The translations under genes were made by a program, and so were the position numbers. 64,000 nt of DNA. Origin: Ilumatobacteraceae bacterium. GTDB taxonomy: Bacteria > Actinomycetota > Acidimicrobiia > Acidimicrobiales > Ilumatobacteraceae. Under the pieces are notes generated by a model. The model made no database searches. It was not told the DNA's origin and saw only the letters and a list, made by a program, of their open reading frames with translations. The stretch lies in contig JAUMDU010000071.1 of the NCBI GenBank assembly GCA_032121425.1, positions 6,317 to 70,316 of the forward strand. The letters are read 5' to 3'. Shown here piece after piece: positions 28,027 to 37,974 of the stretch (the first letter of the stretch is position 1; each line of letters opens with the position of its first letter).

Positions 28027-28863
28027 TTAATCGAAGAGGTCAGGATCGGTGCGGCAAATTTCTTGCCACAGCGGCTGAAAGTGCATCCATCCACTGATGG
28101 GGTTGCCTGCATTTTCGCGGGTGTACACAGCGCTCTCGTGTGGGATGAGTTTTGGCGTGCCCGCAGCCATGGCAGCCAACTGTGCTTGGGCGCAACGTTC
28201 GAAACAGACATACCAGAACACTGCTTCATCGATGGTGCCACCCACAGTGAAATGGCCATGGTTTTGGTGAATGGCTGCGCGGTTGTTGCCAAATGCTTGC
28301 GCAAAGTCGCGACCAGCGGATTCTTCAAACACCACTGCACCGCCATGTTCTGAAATGACAGTGTTCGTCTCATAGAAAGCACATGCATCTTGTGTGATGG
28401 GGTCAAGTGGAATTCCCAGTGCGCTAAATGCTTTGCCGTAGACCGAATGAGCATGAGCTGCGGCAACAACGTCTGGTCGGGCAGCGTGTACTGCAGCGTG
28501 CAACACATATGCCGCGCGGTTAACGCTGTGCTTTCCGATAACCACTTCACCGTGATGGTTGACGAGTAACAAGTCCGACACAGTCATGTGGCGAAATGAG
28601 AGACCTAATGGGTTCACCCAGAAGTGATCAGGGAATTCTGGGTCGCGCACAGTGATGTGTCCAGCAACACCTTCACCGAATCCGAAACGGCCAAAGATGC
28701 GCAGCGCGCCGGCAAGTTTTTGCTTGCGACGTAGTCTTTCCTCGGCCATGGTGGGCTTTGGTGCGAGTTCCTCGAGATACAAAGTGGTGACATCTTTGGG
28801 AGTCAATGGGATGCCATCGATCATGAGTGGTGTGGTCACGGGTGCGTCTGGCGTGATGGTCAT
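28027..28863 (-). CDS. class II aldolase/adducin family protein
   Basis: GVAGHITVRDPE..VNPLG..VNHHGEVV..HAAVHAARPDV..HAHS pattern. I chose ATG 28863 (MTITPDAP). Confidence 0.75.
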   Translation of the reverse strand: MTITPDAPVTTPLMIDGIPLTPKDVTTLYLEELAPKPTMAEERLRRKQKLAGALRIFGRFGFGEGVAGHITVRDPEFPDHFWVNPLGLSFRHMTVSDLLLVNHHGEVVIGKHSVNRAAYVLHAAVHAARPDVVAAAHAHSVYGKAFSALGIPLDPITQDACAFYETNTVISEHGGAVVFEESAGRDFAQAFGNNRAAIHQNHGHFTVGGTIDEAVFWYVCFERCAQAQLAAMAAGTPKLIPHESAVYTRENAGNPISGWMHFQPLWQEICRTDPDLFD

Positions 28864-28882
28864 GGCTTCACAATAGGCCAGA

Positions 28883-29290
28883 ATGGACGATATGGGAATC
28901 AGTGAGATACAGCCAGAACACATGGCGCCACCGGCCGCCAAGTACGCCCATGCCGTCAAAGTGGATCAAGTCCAGTCCTTGGTGTTCACGTCCGGGGTGG
29001 TGCCCACCATGCCCGATGGCACTGTTCCGGCATCCATGGAAGGCCAAGCCCGTGTGGTGTGGGCCAATTTGTTGGAGATTCTCCGTGCGGCCGAGATGAA
29101 TGTGGCCAATGTGGTCAGCATCACCACCTACGTGGTTGCCAGTCCCACGCTGTCAGATGATCTGGCCGCTGTGATGGCCGTTCGAGATGAAGTGATGGGT
29201 TCTCATCGCGCGGCAAGCACTTTGGTGACGGTGCCTGCCTTGGCCCGCGCCGAATGGTTGATGGAAATCAGCCTCGTTGCAGCCCAATAG
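28883..29290 (+). CDS. RidA/YjgF family protein
   Basis: 135 aa. [15 protein letters not shown]...TTYV matches the RidA family pattern. Confidence 0.7.
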   Translation: MDDMGISEIQPEHMAPPAAKYAHAVKVDQVQSLVFTSGVVPTMPDGTVPASMEGQARVVWANLLEILRAAEMNVANVVSITTYVVASPTLSDDLAAVMAVRDEVMGSHRAASTLVTVPALARAEWLMEISLVAAQ

Positions 29291-29370
29291 AGGCAAAAAC
29301 TCACCGATTCCGCCATATTGATCACTCCCCATTAGGGCAGGCACACTCATCACTCGTACCATTGAGACCT

Positions 29371-30954
29371 ATGGCTGAAGACGTAAAGCGCACCGACTCG
29401 GGTATTGACATTGCCCCCCTTTATACCGAGGCCGATTTGGCCAACTGGAATGCCCAGGAGAGGCTCGGTGTGCCTGGTGTTGCCCCGTACACGCGCGGTG
29501 TGTATCCCACGATGTATCGCGGCAAGTTATGGACGATGCGCCAATACGCAGGCTTCGGCACGGCTGAATCCACCAACGAGCGTTTTAAGTTCCTCTTGCA
29601 AGCCGGCCAGACAGGTTTGTCGTGTGCATTCGACTTACCCACCCAGATGGGATATGACTCTGACCATCCACGTGCCGAAGGTGAAGTGGGCAAAGTGGGC
29701 GTGGCTATTAGTTGTCTCGATGACATGCGCTTGTTATTGAAAGATCTTCCGTTGGACAAGGTGTCCACCTCGATGACCATTAACTCCACTGCTGCAATTT
29801 TGTTGTTGATGTATGAATTGGTGGCAGAAGAGCAAGGCGTGCCCGCCAATGCAATCAGCGGCACCATTCAAAATGATTTGCTGAAGGAGTACATCGCTCG
29901 CGGCACATACGTGTATCCACCGCGACCTTCGATGCGCATCATTACTGACATCTTTGAGTACTGCTCAAAGAATGTGCCGAAGTGGAACACCATTTCTATT
30001 TCTGGTTATCACATTCGTGAAGCAGGAAGCACTGCCGTGCAAGAAATTGCATTTACTTTGGCAAATGCAATTGCCTACGTGCAAGCAGCTGTTGATGCCG
30101 GTCTCGATGTAGACGACTTCGCTCCACGACTGTCATTTTTCTGGAATGGTCACAACAACTTCTTTGAAGAAGTGGCCAAGTTCCGTGCCAGCCGCCGTAT
30201 GTGGCACAAAATTATGACTGAGCGTTTCGGTGCAAAGAAAGAAAGCAGCAAGCTGTTGCGTTTCCATACGCAAACTGGTGGAAGCACTCTCACTGCGCAA
30301 CAACCACTCAACAACGTGGTACGCGTGGCTGTGCAGTCCTTGGCTGCTGTAATGGGTGGCACGCAAAGTTTGCACACAAATGGTTATGACGAAGCACTTG
30401 GATTACCCACTGAAGACGCTGCGCGCATTGCACTGCGCACACAGCAAATCATTGGCTATGAAAGCGGCGTAGTGGATACACCAGATCCATTGGCTGGTTC
30501 ATACTTTGTGGAATCACTTACCGATGAAGTGGAGCGTTTGGCTTGGGAATACATCGAGCGCATTGACGCCATGGGTGGAGCAGTAGATGCCATTGAAGCT
30601 GGATTCCAGATGGATGAAATCGAACAAAGTGCGTATGAATACACCAAATCCATCGATGATGATGAGCGGTTAATCGTGGGCGTGAACAAGTTCACTGTTG
30701 ATAACGAACCAGAACCAAATGTGTTTCCCATTGATCCAAGTTTGGCCAAGGGGCAACTCGCGCGCCTTAAAGAGTTCAAGGCAAACCGAGATCATGCAGC
30801 TGTTGATGCAGCCTTGGAGCGCGTGCGTGAAGCAGCACATGGAACAGAGAACATTTTGATTCCCATGAAAGAAGCACTTCGTGCGCACGCCACATTGGGT
30901 GAAGTGAGTGACGCGATGCGTGATGTATTCGGGATGTACCAACCAGGTCGTTAA
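29371..30954 (+). CDS. methylmalonyl-CoA mutase family, catalytic (N-terminal) subunit without B12-binding domain
   Basis: [48 protein letters not shown] and [12 protein letters not shown]. The protein ends at about 527 aa, before any DxHxxG cobalamin-binding domain. I chose ATG 29371. Confidence 0.85.
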   Translation: MAEDVKRTDSGIDIAPLYTEADLANWNAQERLGVPGVAPYTRGVYPTMYRGKLWTMRQYAGFGTAESTNERFKFLLQAGQTGLSCAFDLPTQMGYDSDHPRAEGEVGKVGVAISCLDDMRLLLKDLPLDKVSTSMTINSTAAILLLMYELVAEEQGVPANAISGTIQNDLLKEYIARGTYVYPPRPSMRIITDIFEYCSKNVPKWNTISISGYHIREAGSTAVQEIAFTLANAIAYVQAAVDAGLDVDDFAPRLSFFWNGHNNFFEEVAKFRASRRMWHKIMTERFGAKKESSKLLRFHTQTGGSTLTAQQPLNNVVRVAVQSLAAVMGGTQSLHTNGYDEALGLPTEDAARIALRTQQIIGYESGVVDTPDPLAGSYFVESLTDEVERLAWEYIERIDAMGGAVDAIEAGFQMDEIEQSAYEYTKSIDDDERLIVGVNKFTVDNEPEPNVFPIDPSLAKGQLARLKEFKANRDHAAVDAALERVREAAHGTENILIPMKEALRAHATLGEVSDAMRDVFGMYQPGR

Positions 30955-30976
30955 CGACTGCTGGGTTCAAGAGCCG

Positions 30977-31531
30977 CTAACTCAGCCAGTGCACAGTTGG
31001 GTCAGGGCGTTCCTTGGTGGCGGATTCGCGAGTTCCCCAACCGAGATAGACAATTCCCACTACATGGTCGGTGTCGTCAAATTGACAGAACTGGGTCATC
31101 GTTGAATGTGTGCCCTTTGCAGGCGTGCTCCAAAGAGCCGTCATGTCTAAAGACTCAATAAGTAACAACATGTTCTGTATGCCGGCTGCGACTGCATAGT
31201 GATTCTCTTGCGTCTCTAACTCACTTGCGCCACGAGCCGATGCAACAACCAATACCACGGGTGCGCGTCCGTACTTAGTACGGGTCTTGTCTACTTTTAT
31301 CTGTTCGTCACCGTTGTGCTGCATGGTGTCGGCTACTGCCTCACCAAAACGAAGGCGTGCATCGTCTTGCAACACCGCCACCCGCAACGGGCGAGTCTTG
31401 CGGTGGTTAGGTGCTGCTTGGGCAGCGCGCACGATGCGTTCAATAATGTCGTGGGCGACAGGCTTATCTCGATCGATAGTCATTGCGCTGATGCGCGAAT
31501 GAATAATGCGTTCGATGTCGTCGGAAGACAT
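30977..31531 (-). CDS. nitroreductase family protein
   Basis: 184 aa. The AAQAAPNHRKTRPLR motif is typical of the nitroreductase fold. Confidence 0.65.
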   Translation of the reverse strand: MSSDDIERIIHSRISAMTIDRDKPVAHDIIERIVRAAQAAPNHRKTRPLRVAVLQDDARLRFGEAVADTMQHNGDEQIKVDKTRTKYGRAPVVLVVASARGASELETQENHYAVAAGIQNMLLLIESLDMTALWSTPAKGTHSTMTQFCQFDDTDHVVGIVYLGWGTRESATKERPDPTVHWLS

Positions 31532-31533
31532 TG

Positions 31534-32451
31534 TTAGTTCTTGTGAAGATCTGCGTTCAGCCCACCCCAGGAACCGGTACGAGAAATAACTTCAACAGCA
31601 CCAGTCAGTGAGTTGCGACGGTAGAGCAATCCAGATTGACCCGAGAGAAGTTTTGCTTTTACGGCGTTTCCAGAAGGGTCCAGTACCACCGTGCCGGCCG
31701 TGACATAAAGTCCCGCTTCCACGATGCAGTCATCGCCAAGGCTGATACCAATGCCCGCATTGGCGCCAAGTAGACATCGCTCACCAATGGTGACCATTTC
31801 TTTGCCGCCACCGGACAGTGTGCCCATGATGGAAGCGCCGCCACCGATATCTGAGCCATCACCCACGATGACGCCTTGTGAGATGCGGCCTTCGACCATG
31901 GATGCGCCCAATGTGCCGGCGTTAAAGTTACAAAATCCTTCGTGCATCACTGTGGTGCCAGAGGCAAGGTATGCGCCAAGACGAACGCGACTTGCATCAG
32001 CAATGCGCACTCCGCTGGGAACTACGTAGTCAGTCATGCGGGGGAATTTGTCGACACCGTGCACGGTGAGGTGTTCATTGCGTCGAGCGAAATTCCATGT
32101 CACCGATTCGATAGCGCTCACGGGAACTGGACCTCGCGAAGTCCATGCAACATTTTGCAGATGACCAAACATGCCATCGAGATTGATGGTACGTGGCTGC
32201 ATATGGCGATGCGACAACAGATTCAAACGAAGGTATGCATCTTGGGCGTTGGAGGGGCTTGTCGCAGTATCGATAGATACCGACACCGCACGAAAGGCAA
32301 CGCCTCGTTCAGGGTCCGAATCAGATGCAGGGTCGTGAGAGGGAAGTGATGCGGGGGCGTCGCCTAATCCCAATGCACGAAATCGGACGTCGAGTGTTGC
32401 GCCATCGGCGTCCAAAGTGGCAATACCCACTCCCCATGCTGTTGTTGACAT
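31534..32451 (-). CDS. dapD: 2,3,4,5-tetrahydropyridine-2,6-dicarboxylate N-succinyltransferase (actinobacterial type)
   Basis: Near-collinear with my recollection of mycobacterial DapD. Shared segments include [72 protein letters not shown] and [26 protein letters not shown]. Confidence 0.9.
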   Translation of the reverse strand: MSTTAWGVGIATLDADGATLDVRFRALGLGDAPASLPSHDPASDSDPERGVAFRAVSVSIDTATSPSNAQDAYLRLNLLSHRHMQPRTINLDGMFGHLQNVAWTSRGPVPVSAIESVTWNFARRNEHLTVHGVDKFPRMTDYVVPSGVRIADASRVRLGAYLASGTTVMHEGFCNFNAGTLGASMVEGRISQGVIVGDGSDIGGGASIMGTLSGGGKEMVTIGERCLLGANAGIGISLGDDCIVEAGLYVTAGTVVLDPSGNAVKAKLLSGQSGLLYRRNSLTGAVEVISRTGSWGGLNADLHKN

Positions 32452-34002
32452 TTACATGACCTCCGGTCGAAGAGTAGGGAACAAGATGACATCTCGAATG
32501 GATTGAGCGCCACCAATCAACATGACAAGTCGATCGATACCGATGCCCAACCCGCCTGTGGGTGGCATGCCAAATTCCAAAGCGCGCAGGTAATCCTCGT
32601 CAACAGTGCCCGCTTCAGCATTGCCTGCTTCTTTAGAGGCTTGTTCGTCTTCAAAGCGAAGGCGCTGCTCTACTGGGTCGTTGAGTTCGGAATATGCATT
32701 TGCTAATTCGCGCCCGCCCACAAATAACTCGAAACGTTCGGTGAGGAATGGATCGTTACGATCAACTCGGGCAAGTGGGCTGATTTCTACAGGATGTCCA
32801 GTAACGAATGTGGGTGCGCGAAGCGCACTTTCACACGTTGCCTCGAAAAGCTCTTCAATGATTTTTCCTGTGCCGTGATGTGCTTCCACTTTTACGTTGT
32901 GTGTCTGTGCCAGTGCCACAAGTTCTTCTCGTGGTTGTGAAGGATGAACTTTCACGCCAGTGGCTTCTGCGACAAGATCGATCATGCGGGCACGACGCCA
33001 AGGCTGTGCAAGATCTACTGTCTCGCCGTCAATCGTGACGGTGCTCGACCCTGTGGCGTCAATTGCAGATTGTGTAATGAGGGCTTCGGTGAGGTCCATA
33101 ATGTCGGTGTAGTCAGCAAAGGCTTGGTAGAGCTCCATCATGGTGAACTCTGGGTTGTGGCGTGTGGAGATTCCTTCGTTGCGGAACACTCGACCAATTT
33201 CATACACGCGTTCCATGCCTCCCACAATGAGGCGCTTGAGGTGAAGTTCGAGAGCGATGCGTAAAAACAACTGCATGTCGAGTGCATTGTGATGTGTCAC
33301 AAAAGGACGAGCATGTGCGCCACCAGCTTCCACATGCAACACGGGAGTTTCTACTTCAATGAAGCCACGATCATGGAGTGTGCGACGGAAACTTGCAATC
33401 ACCGAATGTCGAATTTCAAACATGCGACGTGATTCTTCATTACCAATGAGATCGGCATATCGCTGGCGATAGCGAGTGTCGGTGTCGGTGAGTCCGTGCC
33501 ATTTATCTGGCATAGGACGAATGGCTTTTGACAAAAGTTGTAGTGATGACACTTTGATAGACAACTCACCTTTGCGGGTGGACATCACTATTCCTTCAAC
33601 ACCGACCCAATCACCAAGATCGAGATCAGCGATTGCATCAAAGGCATCGTCACCGACAACTGCGCGGGAGACAAAGAGTTGAAGAGATCCAGAGCGATCT
33701 TGAAGTGTGGCAAAAATGAGTTTGCCCTGGTCGCGTTTTAGCATGATGCGTCCAGCAACGCTGACGTGAGTATCGGTCTCGGTGCCAGGCTCTAGTGCGT
33801 TATGGTCGCGTCGAATCTCGCCCAGTGTGTGCGAACGATCAAAGCGGTAGGGGTAAGGGTTTGTGCCCGAATCTCGCATAGTGGCAAGGGCAGATAAACG
33901 ACGAGCTTTTTCGTGCTCGAGGCCACCGGCAACTTGTTCTTGGATTTCTTCATTCACAGACCTCCTACGGTAGTGGGCACAGCGTGTTGATGAGGAAGTC
34001 AT
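32452..34002 (-). CDS. lysS: lysyl-tRNA synthetase (class II)
   Basis: NPYPYRF, OB-fold region, FIEVETP, RIALELHLKRL, FRNEG and GLGIGIDRLVM. An alternative GTG start at 33957 follows an AGGAGG. The stop abuts the dapD start. Confidence 0.9.
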   Translation of the reverse strand: MTSSSTRCAHYRRRSVNEEIQEQVAGGLEHEKARRLSALATMRDSGTNPYPYRFDRSHTLGEIRRDHNALEPGTETDTHVSVAGRIMLKRDQGKLIFATLQDRSGSLQLFVSRAVVGDDAFDAIADLDLGDWVGVEGIVMSTRKGELSIKVSSLQLLSKAIRPMPDKWHGLTDTDTRYRQRYADLIGNEESRRMFEIRHSVIASFRRTLHDRGFIEVETPVLHVEAGGAHARPFVTHHNALDMQLFLRIALELHLKRLIVGGMERVYEIGRVFRNEGISTRHNPEFTMMELYQAFADYTDIMDLTEALITQSAIDATGSSTVTIDGETVDLAQPWRRARMIDLVAEATGVKVHPSQPREELVALAQTHNVKVEAHHGTGKIIEELFEATCESALRAPTFVTGHPVEISPLARVDRNDPFLTERFELFVGGRELANAYSELNDPVEQRLRFEDEQASKEAGNAEAGTVDEDYLRALEFGMPPTGGLGIGIDRLVMLIGGAQSIRDVILFPTLRPEVM

Positions 34003-34056
34003 TGTGTAACGAGGTGTTTACTATCTGCCCCACACATCGCAGGTAGCCTTCACCCT

Positions 34057-35424
34057 GTGAATCTCAATAAGCGTCTCGTTGTTATTGGTGGAGGCCCAGC
34101 GGGTCACGCCGCAGCAAGTCTGGCGGCGCGAAAAGGTGTACATGTCACTGTGGTGGAGCGTGAAATTCTCGGCGGTGCAGCCCACTTGTTGGACTGTGTC
34201 CCTTCGAAAACAATGATTGCCACTGGAAGCGCGGTGAGCTTCACTGAGGGTCTCAGCGGGATGGGCCTAGAGAACCGAGACGCCGAAGTGGATGTGGCTG
34301 CTCTTACAAATCGCATTGAAGGCATCAAGGATCGTCTTTCCCGCGATGTGGAGACTCTCTTAACCAGTCAAGGCGTGCGTATTTTGCGAGGCACTGCAAC
34401 TTTGGTGGACCGTTTCCATGTGCGTGTTCTTTTAGCTGGTGGAACTGAAGAAGTAATAGAGACTGACGACATTTTGATCTCCACCGGGAGTCGTCCTCGA
34501 ATTCCAGATTTTGTGCAGCCCGATGGTGATCGTATTTTGACCACCCGTGATTGCTACCCGCCGAAAATTTTCCCTGAGAGCGTCACGATTGTGGGCTCTG
34601 GAGTCACTGGTGTGGAATTCGCACACATGTTTGAATCATTCGGATCCAAAGTCACACTGGTGGTCAGTCGTCAACAAGTACTCCCCGGTAAAGATCCTGA
34701 AGTGGCTGCTGTTCTTGAAGACACGTTTTTGGCACGCGGTGTGCGCCTGTTTAAAGGTGCACGTGCCACAACAATTGAACGAACAACTAACGGCGTGCGC
34801 GTGGTGTGTGACGATGGGCGAGTGTCTGAGACCACTCATGCGGTTCTTGCAATTGGATCTCTGCCCAATACCGAAGGACTTGGCTTAGAAGACGTTGGCG
34901 TGAAGACCGATGGTGGATACATCGTGATTAATCGTCACTGCCAAAGCAATATCGAAAATATCTACGCAGCAGGTGACGTGAGCGGCAAATTGCCATTGTC
35001 TTCGGTGGCTTCTATGCAAGGGCGAAAAGTTGCCGAGCAAGTAGTTGGTGGACCCAAAGGTCCGCATCGTCATTTGGATTATGACAAAGCAGCGTCTGCA
35101 ATTTTCACTGAGCCAGAGATTGCCGATGTGGGTCTTGCTGAAGCAGAAGCCTTTGCATCGGGTCGAAAAATTCGTGTCACGAAAGTGCCGTTCTCGTCTA
35201 CTGCGAAAGCATTAATCAATAACGATTCGCGTGGCTTTGTCAAGATCATTAGTGATCCAGCAACTGGCGAGGTGTTGGGTGGATCAATTGTGGGGCGTCA
35301 TGCAGCAGAACTCATCAGCGTGATTGCACTTGCAGTGACTGCAAATCTCAAAGTCACCGACATTGAAGAATCTTTGTTGGTGCACCCGGCTCTTGCCGAA
35401 GCACTTTCTGAAGCTGCTGATTAG
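34057..35424 (+). CDS. pyridine nucleotide-disulfide oxidoreductase, LpdA-like NAD(P)H-quinone dehydrogenase
   Basis: VIGGGPAGH FAD motif. GGAAHLLDCVPSK has only one Cys where the canonical motif is GGTCxxxGCxPSK, as I recall for Mtb LpdA (Rv3303c). GTG start. Confidence 0.7.
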   Translation: MNLNKRLVVIGGGPAGHAAASLAARKGVHVTVVEREILGGAAHLLDCVPSKTMIATGSAVSFTEGLSGMGLENRDAEVDVAALTNRIEGIKDRLSRDVETLLTSQGVRILRGTATLVDRFHVRVLLAGGTEEVIETDDILISTGSRPRIPDFVQPDGDRILTTRDCYPPKIFPESVTIVGSGVTGVEFAHMFESFGSKVTLVVSRQQVLPGKDPEVAAVLEDTFLARGVRLFKGARATTIERTTNGVRVVCDDGRVSETTHAVLAIGSLPNTEGLGLEDVGVKTDGGYIVINRHCQSNIENIYAAGDVSGKLPLSSVASMQGRKVAEQVVGGPKGPHRHLDYDKAASAIFTEPEIADVGLAEAEAFASGRKIRVTKVPFSSTAKALINNDSRGFVKIISDPATGEVLGGSIVGRHAAELISVIALAVTANLKVTDIEESLLVHPALAEALSEAAD

Positions 35425-37200
35425 TTATTCAATAACGACGACAACGTCGCCCGCACCCACGGTGTCACCTGGTGACACGTTGATTGCCTTCACAACGCCA
35501 CTCTTGTCCGCCTCGATTTGGTTTTCCATTTTCATGGCTTCGAGAACAACAACGCTTTGTCCGGCTTCAACGCTTTGGCCCACTTCAACAAGGACCTTCA
35601 CGATGGTTCCCTGCATCGGTACTGCGACCTTGCCAGTTCCTGCGCCTGCTCCGCCGCCTGCACCAGAGGCAGATCGCGGTGCCTTCTTCTTTGCTGGTGC
35701 ACTTGCAGCAACTCCTGCAGATTCTGGAACCCACAACTTCACATCGAAACGACGACCGTTTACTTCCACGGTTGTCTGTCGTTGCACAAGGGGAGCATCA
35801 TCGTCACTTGACGGCGCACCCACTGGTGTCACACCAATGTGAGAGAGATCAAGGACTTGTTCTACCCACTTGGTGGAGTGAGTGACAGCTGCGAAATCGG
35901 GATGCTCGAGGATGGCGATGTCTGCTGGAATTGTTGTTGCAACACCTTCGACGACCATTTCTTTGAGGCAACGAAGTGTGCGCGCAATTGCAGTGGGACG
36001 ATCTTTACCCCACACGATCAACTTGCCGACCAAGTTGTCGTAGTACTGGCTGATTTCGTCGCCAGATTCGTATCCACTGTCAAAACGCACCCCAAAGCCA
36101 TCGGGTGGAACCAATTTTGTGATCGGTCCAGGTGAAGGCAAGAACTTGCCGCCAGCAGGGTTTTCTGCGTTGATACGAATTTCAATGGCGGCACCGCTTT
36201 GACGTGCACGCACTTCTTTTTGTGTCATCGGCAATTTTTCGCCTGCGGCGACACGGATTTGCCATTCCACAAGATCAATTCCTGTGATCACTTCAGTGAC
36301 TGGGTGTTCCACCTGAAGACGTGTATTCATCTCCAAGAAAAAGAATTCACCATCTTGATAAATGAATTCCACAGTTCCTGCGTTGTAGTAGCCCACAGCT
36401 TTGGCAGCTTTTACAGCCGCAGCACCCATGGCTTCTTCCACACCATCAGGCAAACCAGGTGCGGGTGCTTCTTCCACCAGTTTTTGGTGACGGCGTTGTG
36501 CGGAACAATCGCGAGTAGAGACCCACACAACATTTCCATGCTTGTCACCAACTAGTTGCACTTCAATGTGTCGTGGCCAAGTGAGGTAGCGCTCTACATA
36601 GACCTCATCGCGGCCAAAAAAGTTTTTCGCTTCGCGTTGAGCTGAATCCATTGCTTCTTGTACTTCGGATTCTGATTGCACAACTTTCATTCCACGACCG
36701 CCGCCGCCATATGCAGCCTTGATGGCAACGGGCCAACCAAACTCTTTGCCGAAGTCGATGATCTCTTGGGCACTTTGTGCGAACTCTGTCGTGCCGGGAA
36801 CAATCGGGGCTCCGCCACGAAGTGCTGCTTTGCGACTGGAGACCTTGTCACCCATTTCATCGATGGCTTCAGGTGGTGGTCCAATGAACTGCACACCCAT
36901 CGCGCTGATGGCGCGAGCGAACTCTGCGTTCTCGCTGAAGAAGCCGTATCCAGGATGCACGGCGTCTGCGCCACTGTCCTTGATGGCCTTCAAGATGGCT
37001 TCGGTATTGATGTAGCTCTCGGCTGCGGTTTGTCCGCCCAGGGCATAGGCCTCATCGGCAAGACGCACGTGAAGTGCATTGCGGTCGAGTTCGGAATAGA
37101 CCGCCACAGTGGCGATCCCCATCTCACGGGCGGCACGGATAACGCGGACGGCAATTTCGCCGCGGTTGGCAATCAGGATTTTCTTTAGCACAGGTGACAA
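35425..37200 (-). CDS. accA: acetyl/propionyl-CoA carboxylase alpha subunit (biotin carboxylase + BCCP)
   Basis: KILIANRGEIAVRVIRA, an ATP-grasp core, an Ala/Gly-rich linker and the biotinylation motif EAMKMEN. Confidence 0.95.
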   Translation of the reverse strand: MSPVLKKILIANRGEIAVRVIRAAREMGIATVAVYSELDRNALHVRLADEAYALGGQTAAESYINTEAILKAIKDSGADAVHPGYGFFSENAEFARAISAMGVQFIGPPPEAIDEMGDKVSSRKAALRGGAPIVPGTTEFAQSAQEIIDFGKEFGWPVAIKAAYGGGGRGMKVVQSESEVQEAMDSAQREAKNFFGRDEVYVERYLTWPRHIEVQLVGDKHGNVVWVSTRDCSAQRRHQKLVEEAPAPGLPDGVEEAMGAAAVKAAKAVGYYNAGTVEFIYQDGEFFFLEMNTRLQVEHPVTEVITGIDLVEWQIRVAAGEKLPMTQKEVRARQSGAAIEIRINAENPAGGKFLPSPGPITKLVPPDGFGVRFDSGYESGDEISQYYDNLVGKLIVWGKDRPTAIARTLRCLKEMVVEGVATTIPADIAILEHPDFAAVTHSTKWVEQVLDLSHIGVTPVGAPSSDDDAPLVQRQTTVEVNGRRFDVKLWVPESAGVAASAPAKKKAPRSASGAGGGAGAGTGKVAVPMQGTIVKVLVEVGQSVEAGQSVVVLEAMKMENQIEADKSGVVKAINVSPGDTVGAGDVVVVIE

Positions 37201-37210
37201 TATTGCCTTG

Positions 37211-37960
37211 ATGAGAGACCAAAATGCTAACCAACCAGAAAACTGGCATATTCGCCGCGTTTCAGAGACGGGAAGTACGAATACAGATTTGCTCCAAGAA
37301 GGGGCCCAAGGAGCACCTGACCGCTCCGTTTTGAGGTCTGACTACCAGTCTGCAGGCCGTGGACGCCTTGATAGGGCTTGGGAAGCCCCCAGGGGGGCCA
37401 ATTTGTTGGTCTCCATGCTTTTCCGCCAAGTACCTGTCCATACCCACGTGCTGACCCAGGTGGTGGCTTTGGCGGCGGCTCGGGTTGCTCGGGAAACGTG
37501 TGGGGTCAATGTGGTGATGAAGTGGCCCAATGATCTTTTGGTGAATAACGAGAAGGTCGCGGGAATTTTGGCCCAGGCTGGATCTCTCGACGCTCAAGGT
37601 GTTCCCACTTTTGTGGTTGTGGGAATTGGTCTCAATCTGCAGTGGGCGCCACCGGGGGCAACCTCATTGGCCGCAAGTGGATGGACACATGCGATGAACC
37701 CGGATGAATTCTTGGTCTCGATGTTGCCGTGTATTGATGAGTTACTGGCATTGTCCGTAGAGCAGATGCACGATCGATATGTTGCAGAACTTGGCACACT
37801 GGGCATGCGTGTGCGTGCTGAACTGCCACGTGATCAAGAAATTGTGGGACATGCAACTGGTGTTGAAGTTGACGGTCGATTGATAGTTCTTGACGAATGT
37901 GGTGTTACGCATCGCATAGACACAGCAGATGTGGTGCACCTTCGCCCAGTAGTTGACTGA
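37211..37960 (+). CDS. birA: biotin--[acetyl-CoA-carboxylase] ligase (class I, no HTH domain)
   Basis: GSTNTDL and the GRGRLDRAWEAP (GRGRxGRxW) motif. I chose ATG 37211; the listed longer ORF overlaps accA. Confidence 0.85.
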   Translation: MRDQNANQPENWHIRRVSETGSTNTDLLQEGAQGAPDRSVLRSDYQSAGRGRLDRAWEAPRGANLLVSMLFRQVPVHTHVLTQVVALAAARVARETCGVNVVMKWPNDLLVNNEKVAGILAQAGSLDAQGVPTFVVVGIGLNLQWAPPGATSLAASGWTHAMNPDEFLVSMLPCIDELLALSVEQMHDRYVAELGTLGMRVRAELPRDQEIVGHATGVEVDGRLIVLDECGVTHRIDTADVVHLRPVVD

Positions 37961-37974
37961 CTACCGTAGACACT

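Noticed and set aside
29291-29370. Possible cobalamin riboswitch upstream of the mutase gene
   Set aside because: The 80-nt spacer is far too short and lacks a B12-box-like GCCACTG core.
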